Assembly (NCBI GenBank): GCA_951406725.2
Contig: OX597835.1
Span: 35,650,001-35,714,000 of the forward strand
Source of the DNA: Octopus vulgaris
Taxonomy: Eukaryota
Direction: 5' to 3'
Length of the DNA: 64,000 nt
Part shown: piece by piece, positions 38,773 through 53,687 of the stretch
Layout of the letters: each line of letters begins with the position of its first letter
Position numbering within the stretch: the first letter of the stretch is position 1
Program-made: the position numbers and the translations under genes
The notes under the pieces: model-generated
What the model saw: the letters and a program-made list of their open reading frames with translations, nothing else
Databases searched by the model: none
Told to the model about the DNA's origin: nothing

Positions 38773-39054
38773 GCATATATATGTATAAACACACATATAT
38801 ATATATAGGCAAATTTGTTATTTCCTGCGTGGAAATATGCCCCCTCTTCTGTTATATCTATGTGTGTGTGTGAATCTGTTTGTGTTTGTGTGTATGTGTG
38901 TGCATATGTGTTTATATATTTATGCATAAATACATGTATATGTGTGTGTTTGTATATATATACATGTATATGTATATATATATATACATATGTAGAAGTT
39001 TGAAAAGGAATACAGGAATATGTATATGGAACAAAAGTGAAGGTAGAAAATGCT

Positions 39055-39392
39055 AAAATATTTTTATATAAAACAATTCAGTACCAGTTTCGGTCATTGA
39101 GACTTTTTCAACAGTAAGTATGGAAAACAATTAAATTTTGGAAAAATTTTAATGAAAACATTTTTAATGAAATCTTGTGGGTTCGAGGTCGTTCGAAGTC
39201 ACAAGAGTAAACAAGAGAGACAGAGACAAGCAGAAACAAGGAAAATGACCATTGCATTTGGATACAATGCAAATATTCTTTTAAAACAGTTTTCATATAA
39301 TTTTTCCAAAATGTAATTGTTTTCCATACTTAGAGTTGAAAAAGCCTCAATGACCGAAACCAATACTGATATGTTTTTTATAAAATTATTTT
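39055..39392. repeat. ~110-bp inverted repeat with a U3:A8 HHR motif in each arm
   Basis: Arms ~39055-39167 and ~39281-39392; TTGAAAA AG(T/C)C-TCAAT-GACC GAAAC at 39079-39114 (-) and 39333-39368 (+). Confidence 0.75.
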
Positions 39393-39415
39393 TCCATATA
39401 TATTTACATATATAT

Positions 39416-39492
<77 letters not shown>

Positions 39493-39659
39493 GCATGCAT
39501 TTGTGGTGGTGTGGTACCAATTTTCCTTCTGTAGCACATGATCTAGGTTTAGTCGTCCAACTGCGTAGCAATTTGCTCTAGTGTCTTCTAGACTTCACGC
39601 GGATTAAATTTTCTGAGTGTATTTCGAAGACGAAAATTGAACGAATCCTCATATATATA

Positions 39660-40253
39660 CAATGTGGTATGAGAAGATTCTAGTTGTGTTTAATAAATAA
39701 CTTATTTACCTAAATCTTAACTTCTCCGAAAAAGTCACTCTGCGCAACAACAAACCTGTCCAATCATTACTACTCCGTTTGGGATTCTGCTTAGAAGTCG
39801 TTTAATATGATTCGCTCTTGATCTGGACCACGACGTTAGAACGGCGACCTTGAGTTGCATTTACATCTAGGGGAAGAGATGGACGTACGCATGTGGTAAA
39901 TCTGGCGAATAGGGTAGATGCGGTGTCGTTTGGTGAGAACCTAACGATTGAGGAAATCTCGGTGACAAGGTGAATTTTCGCCGTGTAGAATCCAATTCTC
40001 TGCGTGTGCTAGAATTGCCTGCACGGATCCTTACGACAGGCCGACAATATCAACTATGTTGTTGATTGTCCTCCGACGGCCCTTACGAAAAAGGTAATGA
40101 AATTTCCTCATATTTCCGAGGGTGACGCTCGTTGCAGGTCTTCCAGATTGCTCATCGTCTTTCAGGTACTTTCTCCCGCTTTTGAAGAACCCATGTCATA
40201 CGAAACAATGAGTACGACCCACTCCTCATCGCTGTTATTTTGTGAAGAATACT
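39660..40253 (-). pseudogene. Decayed mariner element (HTH region)
   Basis: Minus frame FKSGRKYLKDDEQSGRPATSVT...RRRTINNIVDIVGLS*GSVQAIL matches the mariner DD.RSGRP/HTH region. Confidence 0.75.
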
Positions 40254-40379
40254 CGGGTTCAGTCCCACTGTGAGGCACTTTGAGCAAGTGTCTTCTATTA
40301 TAGCCTCGGGCCGACCGAAGCTTTGTGAGTGAATTTTGTAGACGGAAACTGAAAGAAGCCCGTCGTATATATATGTATT

Positions 40380-40418
<39 letters not shown>

Positions 40419-40550
40419 ATGCTTGTGCGTTTGTGTTTGTCCCACCAACATCGCTGGTGTTTTTATGTCCCCGTAACTTAGCGGTTCAGGCAAAGTGACC
40501 GATGGAATAAGTACTAGGCTTACAAGGAATAAGTCCTGGGGTCGATTTGC
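40254..40550 (+). mobile_element. SINE family B, truncated
   Basis: Colinear with the family. Confidence 0.85.
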
Positions 40551-40749
40551 GTTCATCGTTGGATTTGTGGATTGAAAACAGGGAACAAGCTTCAACAATT
40601 CTATTGTGTTCGGAGTCGTACATCCAGTATATATATATATATATATACACAACACACATATACACACAGTTACACACACACTTCCATACACTGACACACA
40701 CAGATCTCTATCTCTATGTGTATTTATATATATACACACGAGTATATAT

Positions 40750-40856
<107 letters not shown>

Positions 40857-40965
40857 ATATATACATATATACTTGTGTGTATATATATATATACACATAT
40901 ATATATAACATATATATATATGTGTATATATATATATATACACATATATATATAACATATATATA

Positions 40966-41039
<74 letters not shown>

Positions 41040-41454
41040 TATATATATGTGTGTGTGTATGTATCTACATGAATAGATTTAAATAAATATAGAAATATTC
41101 CAACACAATTAAAGGCAGTCTGGAGAGTGAGACAGGTAAATTAGCCATGCTATAATAGACTGACAGGCAGAGCAAATGGGAATAATAAATATAAGACATA
41201 AATTTCATTTATGAAATCAAACGCCGACAAGAAACGCTCATAATAATTGCGTCTACGCCCCATGTACAGCATTGCTTTCCTTTCTGTATTTCAAATATCA
41301 TTGCAAATATTAATTTGTTGTCTTGTAATTGCAGACAAGCAAATTTTGTATTTCATTTTCATTTGATTTTCCTTTCGAAGAATTTTTCGTTCTCCGATAT
41401 TATATTCTTATTCTTCTATTTTTTTAAAATTCTTTTATTCCAGTAATTTTATAG

Positions 41455-41645
41455 CGACCATGCTGGAGCTCCGTCTTGAAGGGTTTTTAGTCGAGGAAAT
41501 TGACCTTAAGACTTACTTTTTTTTTAACTCTAGTACTTTTCCTATCGGTTTGTATTGACAAACTGCTAGGTCATGGGAACGTAAACACACCAACACACGT
41601 TGTCAAGCTTTGATTGGGCGACAAACAGACACAAAGACATACAAG
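41455..41645 (-). mobile_element. SINE family B 3' half, degenerate
   Basis: ccatgctggagc...tagtcga...ggaacgtaaacacaccaac. Confidence 0.65.
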
Positions 41646-41681
41646 CAGAAACATATATACATATACACATATGTATGTGTA

Positions 41682-41889
<208 letters not shown>

Positions 41890-42211
41890 TTAAAATTATT
41901 ATTCCAAACTAACAGGGAAAAATTCAATTAAGAAATGCTAAATCAAATTTCACAAACTATATTATATATATATATGAATAAGAAAAAACACATTTTATCA
42001 ATACAACAATGAAAAAATTAAATTATACCATATAGAAAAAAATAAATATAAGATAAAAACATATACCAATGATTAAGTAATGTGCAAAATAATAAATAAA
42101 ACATATATTTGGTAAATATTATACACACACCCACACACACACACAGAAACACTTACACACACACACACCCACACACATATATATATGCCTGAGTATATAT
42201 ATATATATATA

Positions 42212-42356
42212 TACCAGAGTAAGCGCATAAATGCGAAACAAGGTGAAAGAAATAGTACTCGAATACCAGAGGTAGAGTAATATGGTTTATTGAAAAGCAG
42301 CAAAATTATCACAAAAACTGTTACTCAGAGTTTCATGTTCCCGTTCGTCGGATAGA
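42212..42356 (-). mobile_element. PLE pLTR family C with HHR motif at 42318-42355
   Basis: Minus strand ctat CCGACGA ACGGGAACAT GAAAC TCTGA GTA acag. Confidence 0.65.
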
Positions 42357-42376
42357 CATAACTATATGTATAAGTG

Positions 42377-42423
<47 letters not shown>

Positions 42424-42451
42424 ATGTATGTGTGTATGTGTGCGTGTGTGT

Positions 42452-43073
42452 TCTCTTTTACTGTTTTACTCGTTTCAGCCATGCGGCTGCTGTCATACTG
42501 GACGACAGGCTTCTTTCTGTTTCCGTCTACCAAATCCACTCACAAGGCTTTGGTCGACCCGAAGCTATAGAATAAGACACTTGTCCAAGGTGTCACGCAG
42601 TGGGACCGAACCCGGAAAAATATGTGTATGTTTGTTTGTGTGTTTGTGCATGTTTGTCCGTGTATGAGTATGAGTATGTGTGTGTGTATATTTATATGTA
42701 CGAATATGGTTCTTACATATGTATATATTTCACACATACACACACACATACACACATATATAATAGACATAGGTATGCGCGTATGGATACCCATGCATAT
42801 ACCTTTTTTTTTCTTTTATTTCCTATTCTTATTCTTTTATTCTTTTGCTTGTTTCAGTCATTAGGCTGCGGCCAAGCTGTGGCACCGCCTTGAAGAATTA
42901 TTTTTTCGCATGAATCAACATCAGTACATACTTTTGTGTTTACGTCCCCGTAACTTAGCGGTTCAGCAAAAGATACCGATAGAATAATTCCTGGGGTCGA
43001 TTTGCTCGACTAAAGGCGATGCTCCAGCATGGCGGTAGTGAAATGAATGAAACATGTAAAAGAGTAAAAGAGA
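42452..43073. mobile_element. Cluster of SINE family B fragments, both orientations
   Basis: 42452-42616 (-), 42830-42930 (-), 42935-43073 (+). Confidence 0.75.
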
Positions 43074-43845
43074 AAGCGTGGAAGTGTTTTCCTTTTAGGG
43101 AACCACATTCTCCACCGGAACCCATGTCTAACGCTTTCTCAACCTTCCACACATCACTCTGTCTCAATTTTCCCATTTATTGTGCGAGTGCACACTTCAT
43201 ATACACTCTCTCGCGCACAGTAATAAGTATTTTTTAGAAAATTCTTTCATAGATTCAAACAAACTTTCAAAACATTGTTTATAACATTCTTTTCTTTTAA
43301 TTAATCATTTTCTCTTTTATGCAAATTTTCATTTACCTTTTGTGCAGGTTATCATTATCATTTTATTTATTATTATTTTTTTCTTTTTGCTATAGCATCA
43401 GACTGACCAAATCCTTGGGCAGGTAATTTTTTCTCATTTAATATAGCGGTTGTCATAATTTTCATCTTAATTTGGGACAACCCGACTTATTTGAATAGAG
43501 TCCTGCATATGTCCAGAAACAACCATTAAAAATACCCATTATGGCGTCTTCAGTAGAGACTTCTCAGTCGGCATATATCAGTACAGATGGAATGAAATTG
43601 GGTATTAACCTTAATCCTACTCACTATCTCCTACCTACTACCTAAATGAACCTCTTCTCTTTTTGTTACAGCGTGCCACATGTAAATTCTTTCTCCTGAA
43701 CGCGATATATTTAAATATTCAGATTTATGCAACATGGAAGGGTTTATGTAACTCATACTTTCCCCTTCTTTTCAGAACTTGTTTGTTAAACTAAACGCTG
43801 AAATTATAAAGCCTCGCATTGATCACAAGAAGGTTACAGCAGTGA

Positions 43846-44198
43846 GAAGGCGGCGAGCTGGCAGAAACGTTAGCACGCCGGGCGAAATGCTTTGCGGTAT
43901 TACGTCTGCCGTTACGTCATCCTTTCGGGGTTGATTAAATAAGTACCAGCTACGCAATGGGGTCGATATAATCGACTTAATCCGTTTGTCTGTCCTTGTG
44001 GGCAGTAAAGAAATAGGTTCTTCGTCTGCCGTTACGTTCTGAGTTCAAATTCCGCCGAGGTCGACTTTACCTTTCATCTTTTCAGGGTCGATTAAATAAG
44101 TACCAGCTACGCACTGGGGTCTATGTAATCGACTTAATCCCTTTGTCTGTCCTTGGTTGTCCCCTCTATGTTTAGCCCCTCGTGGGTAGTAAAGAAAT
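43846..44198 (+). mobile_element. MetaSINE-type SINE with tandem-duplicated body
   Basis: 15-bp TSD aggttacagcagtga at 43831 and 44199. Confidence 0.9.
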
Positions 44199-44888
44199 AG
44201 GTTACAGCAGTGATTGTCCGTGAAAGAGGTGAGTGATCGTAAATCGTTGCAAGTACAGAGATGTATGCAGCAACTGCCAGTTGACTGTGTCCTGGAACAT
44301 AAAATTTTGTGGAAGATGTGACTCCAGTGACTCCTATAGAAAGTTCAGATCGCTCTTGTTTACTCCCCAGAAGAGTTTTTTCTAGAAGACAGGCTACATG
44401 GAATAATCCTACCGTACAATTTTGCAACAATGATTTTGTGTTCTCTGTCACATTACCACAGCGAGAAACATGAAACAACTCTCTAGAAAAACATAGCTAA
44501 GCTCTCAGAGCGAACGATGAACTTCGCTTGCAGCGAATAAAGGCAGTACGAACAAAGACGTGAGTGGACTCGTATTTCACGGCGTGAATGATCATCATTG
44601 CCATCTGCTTGAAGGATATCAGTATATCGGACACAACCGTATCTTGTGGTATGGTACGAATGGTGCTATTGTTAGAATGGCGAGTCTAAAGTCCATAATT
44701 GCAGGCAACACTGCTCATAGATCGTAAATAGATAACAGAAACACGGAAACGACAGGAGGGGAAGTTGAGCACCATTCTAGACCATCTTGTAAGCCGGAGA
44801 ATAAATCGTTCTCTCGTATAATTTTCTGGCAGTGAATTGAAATTTGCTTTCTCCATTTGAACAACGGTCGATGACATTAAATATTATG

Positions 44889-44960
44889 ACACTCACAATC
44901 GAAACCGCGATCCTACGACCGTAAGTCCACTGCTCTAACCACTGGGCCATTGCGCCTCCA
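44889..44960 (-). mobile_element. tRNA-derived SINE family C head
   Basis: Minus strand tggaggcgcaatggcccagtggttagagcag...ggatcgcggtttcgat; homologous to 58663-58973. Confidence 0.75.
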
Positions 44961-44964
44961 CAAG

Positions 44965-45028
<64 letters not shown>

Positions 45029-45059
45029 ATATTTAAAATATATATATATATATATGTAA

Positions 45060-45092
<33 letters not shown>

Positions 45093-45116
45093 TGCATATG
45101 TATGTATGTATGTATG

Positions 45117-45167
<51 letters not shown>

Positions 45168-45171
<4 letters not shown>

Positions 45172-45395
45172 AGAGTTTACGAAAAAAACAAAAGACGAAG
45201 ACAGGTGGTGTACAAAACAAACAGACGTATTAGTATAACGCTCAGGAATAGAAAAAGTCTTTTACGTTTCGAGCCTATGCTGTTCTACAGAAAGGTACAC
45301 AGAAAAAACAAGGAGAGAAACAAGGAGAGAAAAAATGTGTGTAGTGGCTAACGATCTATCATGGCGACTAGTGCCAGACAGAAGGGTCAAACACG
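45168..45395 (-). mobile_element. PLE pLTR family A with HHR motif at 45259-45294
   Basis: Minus strand cttt CTGTAGA A CAGC-ATAG-GCTC GAAAC GTA aaag. Confidence 0.65.
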
Positions 45396-45923
45396 ATATA
45401 TATATATACACATATGTGTATATGTATGTATGTAGATATGTATGTAAGGTAGATAATTTCATATATGTATATATTTTAGTCTTAGCTATTGAGCATCGGT
45501 AGCAATTTCATAATTGAAGGCAAGGCTTAAGATTTTGCTCTCCATCCAGAATTCGGAAGTTAAAATCGTGATCCGATGGTATTGTCAAGCGGAGTCAAAG
45601 GATTGTGGATTTTCTGTACAATATTGATAATGCGGCTCGCAGTACTAAGATCCATAATGCGCATATATGTATTCACACGCACACACACACACATACACAC
45701 ACGCGCACACACATACACACACACACATACACGCACACACACACATACACACACACAAAAACACACACATACATACATGCACGCATACACGCACACACAT
45801 ACACACGCATACACACCACACATACATAGTCTACATGCATACATACGTGTGTATATAGGTAATTAAACACACACACATATGTATACATATGTGTGTAAAT
45901 ACTTGTATCTGTGTGTCTGTCGG

Positions 45924-45924
<1 letters not shown>

Positions 45925-45969
<45 letters not shown>

Positions 45970-45970
45970 A

Positions 45971-46010
<40 letters not shown>

Positions 46011-46050
46011 GTCTGTCTATCTATCTATCTATCTATCTATATCTATCTAA

Positions 46051-46135
<85 letters not shown>

Positions 46136-46300
46136 GTTTTTCTGTCTGTCTATCTATCTATATCCGTATCTATATCAATATGTATGCATGTGTGTGTATG
46201 TTGCGTGATAAATACATAGATAGAGCGATAGATGGCTAGATAGATAGATAAATAGACGGACAGAAAGACATAGAGATAGATAAATAGATAGATGGATACG

Positions 46301-46362
<62 letters not shown>
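45925..46362. repeat. (TATC)n followed by (GATA)n
   Basis: Complementary tetranucleotide arrays in opposite orientation. Confidence 0.9.
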
Positions 46363-46363
<1 letters not shown>

Positions 46364-47146
46364 GTACACAAGGGATTTAGAGAGTTATAATGACAAGAGA
46401 CACCCAACGTGTGTGGAATACGTACATACAGACATAGATTTGGAAACACACACACACACACAAACAAACACACACGAACAAATAAAGAAGCAAAATGTTA
46501 TCGTCTTTACATGTGTTTGTTTCAATAAACCTCCATTGATGTCGGAAACTAATTGAACTGTATCAATGTATCAATACGGCAACAAGAAAGCGATGTTTCC
46601 TATTTCAAAAGAGCAACGAAAATTAAATTCTACTTGATAATTTCAATGTTGGAGGATTTTTGAAAGGGAATCGATAAATATGGAAGAAAAACGAATTTGG
46701 AAAAACGGTAAAACGCCACACTAATAATATATCGCATGTCAACGTTTAGTTAAAACACGTCACACCAACGAGAAGTATTAAATTAACAATTTCATTTAAG
46801 TGTTTATTAACAATCAATCTGAGAATGAAGCATGAAGAAGCTATTAGCAGTAAATTCATTCTCCCGAAATTCTTTAATTCTTTGCAACACGAAATGTTTG
46901 AATTCATAATTCGTAGACGTTCGTCATCTTGTTTCATTTATTCGCGAATTATTGTAATCTTTTTTTTAAATTTAAAAATCTTAAATATGTATGTATACAC
47001 GTATGTTTATATATATATGAAATTGTGTGTGCTCGTGTATACATACATTCATACACACATAAATGCATGCATACGTACAAACAAGCAGACATACATACCC
47101 ATATATCCGTACATATATATAATATATATATATATACATGCATATG

Positions 47147-47209
<63 letters not shown>

Positions 47210-47674
47210 TTATATAAGCATATATATAAATATATGAGCGTATATATGTACACTCAGACACTCGATGTATCTGTGTATATATTGATGTGTGTTTCGTGTT
47301 TCAAAGGGTGTGTGTATGAACGTTCCCCTTTTGCTCCCTTTCTGTGTATACGTAAGATTATGAAGTATGTATTCCAGTTTCAAAATGACGGAGGAATGTA
47401 GGGAAAAAGGGTTTGAGGTTCAACAATATTGACAGAAACGTGTATTTCCTATATGCACATATATTTACGTTCAAATGCATACACACGCACAGACAACGCA
47501 CACACACAAACACACACACATACACACACATACAGATATATATATAAATACATACATATATGCATGTATATATGTGCGTACATATGAATATGCTTATATA
47601 CATGTATAAATTTATATATATATATACGTATATATATATATGTATATACGCATATATATATATGTGTGTATATA

Positions 47675-47737
<63 letters not shown>

Positions 47738-48615
47738 GAGGGCAGCTGCATCGAACTCTCTCATGCACCAAATGGCAATTGCTAGAGGACATTCGTGAAG
47801 TAAAATCATGTAGCAACACCAAATGGCGGTGCCCCAGCATGGCCACAGCTTGTGAGCTGAAACTAGATAAAAACAAAAAAAAATATATATATATATATTC
47901 ATATATATACATATACCTACATATGTATATACTCATAAATACATATATATATATATACATACATATATGCACACACACATGCATACACACACAGAGAGAC
48001 ATATACATACATACATACAAACACACATATAAAGATATATTCAAGTTTCTGTTTTCTCGTAAGTGCTGAAAAGCTATTAAGCTATTAATAATAATTGCCA
48101 GAGAGGAGGCTTTGTAATGCTCATATTAGTTTAATAATTTTTAAAAAATTTATATTCATTAAACGATATCAATATTTAGACACAATTAAAATAATTCAGT
48201 GAAAAATAAAAAAAAAGTAAAATAACTAAAAGTAAAAATTAAGTGCCAATACCACCAGAGGATGGCATGAAATCATTTGCCATTTTTTTCCCAAATTATG
48301 ACAAAATTTTTATATAATTTACTTTTTATAATTTCTTAGTAGTTCTATGAAAAGAAGAGACTTAAACATCTTGATCGTATCGCAAGATTTTCAATGTATG
48401 TATGTATGTATGTATGTATGTATGTATGTACATATGTATGTATGTATGTGTATGCATGTATGTATGTGTGTATGTATATATATATATGCATATATATGTA
48501 TAATTGAATGTATGTATGTATATTTATGTGTGCATGCGTTTGTATGTGTCTTTTCATGCGTGTATAGATGTCCAAATATATATGTGTTTATATATATATA
48601 TGTATATTTATGTAT

Positions 48616-48674
<59 letters not shown>

Positions 48675-48681
48675 GTATATA

Positions 48682-48712
<31 letters not shown>

Positions 48713-48723
48713 TCATACATGCA

Positions 48724-48762
<39 letters not shown>

Positions 48763-48993
48763 GCATGTATATATATGTACATATGTATATAGATGTATGC
48801 TTCTGCAAATTCCACTGTATTGATAAGAATCATTATCATATTCCATGTTCTTATTGGATCGTCAATTTGAAAATAATATTCTTCACTTAAGAAACAAACT
48901 TCATTGGAAGAAAAACAGAAACATACGCACTCACACACACACATACAAATATGCAAAAAGAACACATATCACAACATATCTGCACACACGCCC

Positions 48994-49036
<43 letters not shown>

Positions 49037-49665
49037 CCAACGCAAAAAAAGCGTCCGTCGTCCCAGCGAGTATTATGAAACAAAACCGTTGCATGATAAA
49101 ATATTTATTTTTCTTTTAAATTCTCGTATCGTGCAAATATCACATAGTTATTGCAGTGGGAATGAAAAATTAAGTTCAATAGATCATTTACAGCTTTTTG
49201 AAAATGTTTCTTTATGTCGGAGAGGCGTCCTGATAATTTAAAAAAAAAAAAAGAAATATTTACTTGTTTAATTTTAGACGTAATATGTTATGTGATTTTC
49301 GCTTAATTTTTCCATCGAGTTTTTTTGGCAAACAAACTCACACACACACATACACACACATGCATATGTACATATGCATATGTGAGTTTTTGTATCTTTT
49401 GATATCGGGGAGAAATCTTCTAAATGAAATAAAGCTCAACAGGAATATATTTTCAATACACTGTTGTTATATATCATCTTTATTATTATTTTCTTTTAAA
49501 ACTCGTATTATTAACTGAAGCCTGAAACCAATTGCTGCTTCTTTTACAATGTTGAATAAATTGTAAATCTCTGTGTTATTAGAGAAAGTGTGCGAGAGAA
49601 ATGCAAGACCGGATGAAAAGAAAATACGAAAATCCACAGAAATTATCCACAAAAATTCTTCCTAT

Positions 49666-49816
<151 letters not shown>

Positions 49817-50489
49817 CAGGCACATAAATGGAGAGAAAGAATGAAAGGAAGAAAATGACAAAGAAAAACGTTAAAACAGAAAGAATAGAAAACTGAAAAG
49901 AAAACAAGATGGCGGATCTAGACAGGCTTCGAGATTTTCACGACAGAATAGCTTTAAGTGAGATAATATATTGTGAAATATATCGATATATGAAAATAAG
50001 GTAGTTTAAATTAAAATACATAAATAAATAAAACATTAATAAATGGAATAAATATATAATAAATAAAAAAAAAAAGATATCATAATGATAGCCCTGTCGC
50101 TACGTTATATTCCATTATGAAATTTCATTTTTTCGATGAGAGAAAAATTAAAGGCAAAAATAAAATAGAAAATTTAAAACAGCCAAAATGTTAATGGTAA
50201 TCATTTATTCTTCTAGGAAAATTATGAGAATTATTGGAAATAATTCTTTCTAAAGGAAAAATTTTGTGATTTTATGAGAGGTGAGGTTTATTGGAATCGC
50301 TTCTTACGTACATATACGTGTATGTATGTATATGTGCATATACATATGTATGTATGTTTGTATGTATGTATATATATATATGTATGTATGTATTATGTAC
50401 ATATAGAAGGTTGTGTGGATGAACGATCAACGGGTATTTCTATATACATATATGCGTATGTATACATGTGTGTGTGTGTGTTCACGCAG

Positions 50490-51170
50490 TGGAATTACGC
50501 TGTTCGTTTTGCAACCTCGTGGTTCAACGTTCAATCCCAGTGCGCGGCTGCTTGGATACATGTGTTCTGCATTAGCCGCGTGAAGCCAATCTCATGTCAA
50601 TGAAGTTGGCAGACGGAAACTGTGTGGAAGCCCATCGCATATATGTATGTATATATAAATATGCGCATGCCTGTACGCGTATGTAAATATATATCTACGT
50701 ATATATATATATTACTGGTTTCATTTCTTGGACTGCGGCCAAGCTGGGGGCATAGTCTTGAAGAATGTTAGTTGAGCAAATCCACCCCAAAACTTATTTA
50801 ACCAAAGCCCGGAAGCCATTCTATGGTTCTTTTTGCCGAACCGGTAATTTACTGGTACTGAGACGCACCAACATCACTTGTCAATCAGTGCGGGGTGACA
50901 ACGATAAACACAACGGCCCATATATGAATATATATCTATATATATTACATCTACCAAATTCATTCACACGGCTCTGATTGGTCTCGGACGATAGCAGAAT
51001 ACCCTAGCATAGGGTGTCAAGCAATAGGACTGAATCCGGAGCCGTGTGTTTGGAAGGAAACACCTTAGTTCACAGCGAGGTTTGCGTCTAAAATCGACTA
51101 CGGCGGAATTTGAACTCAGATAGTAAAATGCCGGAAGTAAAACCGCTAAGCATTTTGTCAGACGTGGTAG
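50490..51170. mobile_element. Cluster of old SINE fragments (B +, B -, Meta-type -)
   Basis: Degenerate matches such as gacggaaactg..gaagcccatcg, ttttgccgaaccg and cggcggaatttgaactcaga. Confidence 0.6.
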
Positions 51171-51245
51171 CGATCTTTCCTATGTACATCCATATATATC
51201 TAGTTATGAACGCGTGGGCTTGCACATTTTCTAATTTGTATCTGC

Positions 51246-51650
51246 ATGATGTGGAAAATATTCCATCAGTATTGCCCAAATGATGTTGGCATCACCTTTA
51301 AGATACACCCAAGACTTGGGCCCCGTGCTGTCCATCCACAACATAAATCATACTCGCATTAGATAGCTACAATACGGCACAATTATTTCACCTCAATTGA
51401 CCCAGCTCTCTTTAACATTACAGCAAGACACATTAAAGCACAAACAGACCTCATAATGTTCAAGAAGTCTTTCGACAAATTCTTTCAAGAAATCCCGGAT
51501 AAACCTCCCCCACCTGGATATCTCTGCGTAAACAATAACTCTCTACTCGAGTGGGCCATGTTGTCCGATTCCTGATTTGAATGACTTTGCCAGGTGGTGC
51601 TATTAAGTTAGACATGGCCTAGGCAAATACAGGCCGAAACTTATCAAAGT
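51246..51650 (+). pseudogene. Second CR1-group LINE 3' fragment
   Basis: MMWKIFHQYCPNDVGITFKIHPRLG...PALFNI...FKKSFDKFFQEIPDKPPPPGY..NNNSLLEW with one internal stop; parallels the 34873 copy. Confidence 0.75.
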
Positions 51651-51740
51651 TTGTAACCATGCATATGTATGAGCTTGTGAACCTCTGTAATAATATTTTG
51701 CTCGAACATATTTCACGAACAAAATGGGTTTTATCAGTAA

Positions 51741-52134
51741 CTAGCAGTATAGCACAGCGTTCCTTGGATTTGTTTCGACCCTTTAGAATTGGAATTTTTG
51801 AAAAGTAAAAGTTTTGCATTATGTAGCTTGTTATTCTCTTCAAGTGAACATTTTTCTGGTTGAAATACACCGAAAAATGGCGACACAGCAGTAAAAAAAT
51901 CGGGAAAAATCGGGATTTTCATAGGTAAAACACACATTTTTGATGTAAATAAGTTTTATTCACAACATGGTCGGATTTGAATTTTTTCTTCTACGGAAGG
52001 AAGAGCAAGACTTCTTCTATCATACTCTTAATTTTGGTCAACTTGCGCCGCAGGGTCTCGGAGGAGATAGTGTTAGTTGAAGACTACCAAACCTGCCACA
52101 CACACACAGACAACTTCAGCTTTATATATATAGA
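51741..52134 (-). mobile_element. Non-autonomous mini-Helitron
   Basis: 5' TCTATATATATAAAGCTGAAG at 52134, 3' CTAG at 51741, A|T target, degenerate subterminal hairpin. Confidence 0.8.
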
Positions 52135-52588
52135 TTGAAACAGTACCGTCTCTGTTACAGTTAGTTTGATATGGAATTACATTGAGAATTCACCAATCTT
52201 TGGAGTACCTAGTCACTGATGCCATTGTTTTAATGGGTTTTTCAAGCATCAAGGTTCCTTATTATCGAAAACTTTGGAGATTTATATAGTAGTTTTAGGT
52301 ATGTACATATTTACATATATTTGCTTATGGATGTGTACGCATTTATATAAAAACAGGTGCACATGCACATACACACACATACACACACAGATATATGCAT
52401 ACACATGCACACATACACACACATATATACATATAATACATGTGTAATCTGCCTAATTATATTCACATATATGTGTGTATGTGTCCATGATTCTGTGTGT
52501 GTATGAATGTCTTGAGTACAGGGGTGTAGTGCGTGTGTACGAAAATATTTACGCACACACACACACACACTCTCTCTATATATATATG

Positions 52589-52641
<53 letters not shown>

Positions 52642-53264
52642 GCATATATATATGTTTATATATGTATATGTATATATATAAGTATATGTATGTATATATG
52701 TGCATGCATGTGTGCATGTGAGTATACTCGTACTTGTTGTGCACATGATTACAAATGTGTACATATGGATGCGCATGTATGCCGAAATGCATTTATTTAT
52801 GCATTTGTGCAAGTTTCTCAACTCATGGGTATAAATGTTTGCAAAATGGCGCCTTTTCACTTTATGTGTTTGAATATCTGTGTTCACGTGTGTATCTTTA
52901 ATGTGTGTGTATGTATGTATGTATAATTATGTGATCATGCGCATACGTGTTTGTTGCGTTTTGTGTTTGGCGGGTGAGTAGATGTAATTATTATGATCTT
53001 TTCGTCGGAAAATATTTGTCTTTATAAAATATTCACTAACTGTAATAATGTAAAAGAAAATATAATTAAAAAAAGAATTATTTATATTCAGCGTTAGTAT
53101 TTCCACCCACCACCTCTGCTGTCTAACAACAATAACAATAAAATAAGCAAGAAAAGTAAAAAAAAATGACATTAACAACATCTAAAACACCAAAAACAAT
53201 AGAAAAATAAAAGCAAACACACACAGGCCATAGAAGGGGGGAGAGAAGGGAAACGAGAAAGAGT

Positions 53265-53305
<41 letters not shown>

Positions 53306-53379
53306 AGAATCATGATGAGAGCATAAAATGGGAGCTGTAATGATTTCACCAACAACGAAATCAACGAGAACAACAACAG

Positions 53380-53435
53380 GAACGGCAGCAGCAGCAGCAA
53401 CCGCAGCAACAACAACAACAACAACAACAAAAACA

Positions 53436-53479
<44 letters not shown>

Positions 53480-53646
53480 GTGAGGGCATATGAACGCAGA
53501 AACAACAGCTATACAAAAGAAAGTGAGATCCTAAGAAAGTTACATAAAAATGAAGGAAAGAATAAAACAAAAAGGAAGAAAAAGAAGACGAAGAAGGAGA
53601 AAAAGAAGAAAAAGAAGAAGAAGAAGAAGAAGTAGTAGTAGTAGTT

Positions 53647-53687
<41 letters not shown>

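Noticed and set aside
44500-44875. Possible mariner N-terminal remnant on the minus strand
   Set aside because: Resemblance too weak to support without a search.
49906-49915. YY1-like AAGATGGCGG (a similar word lies near 60115)
   Set aside because: Short motif with no other promoter evidence.
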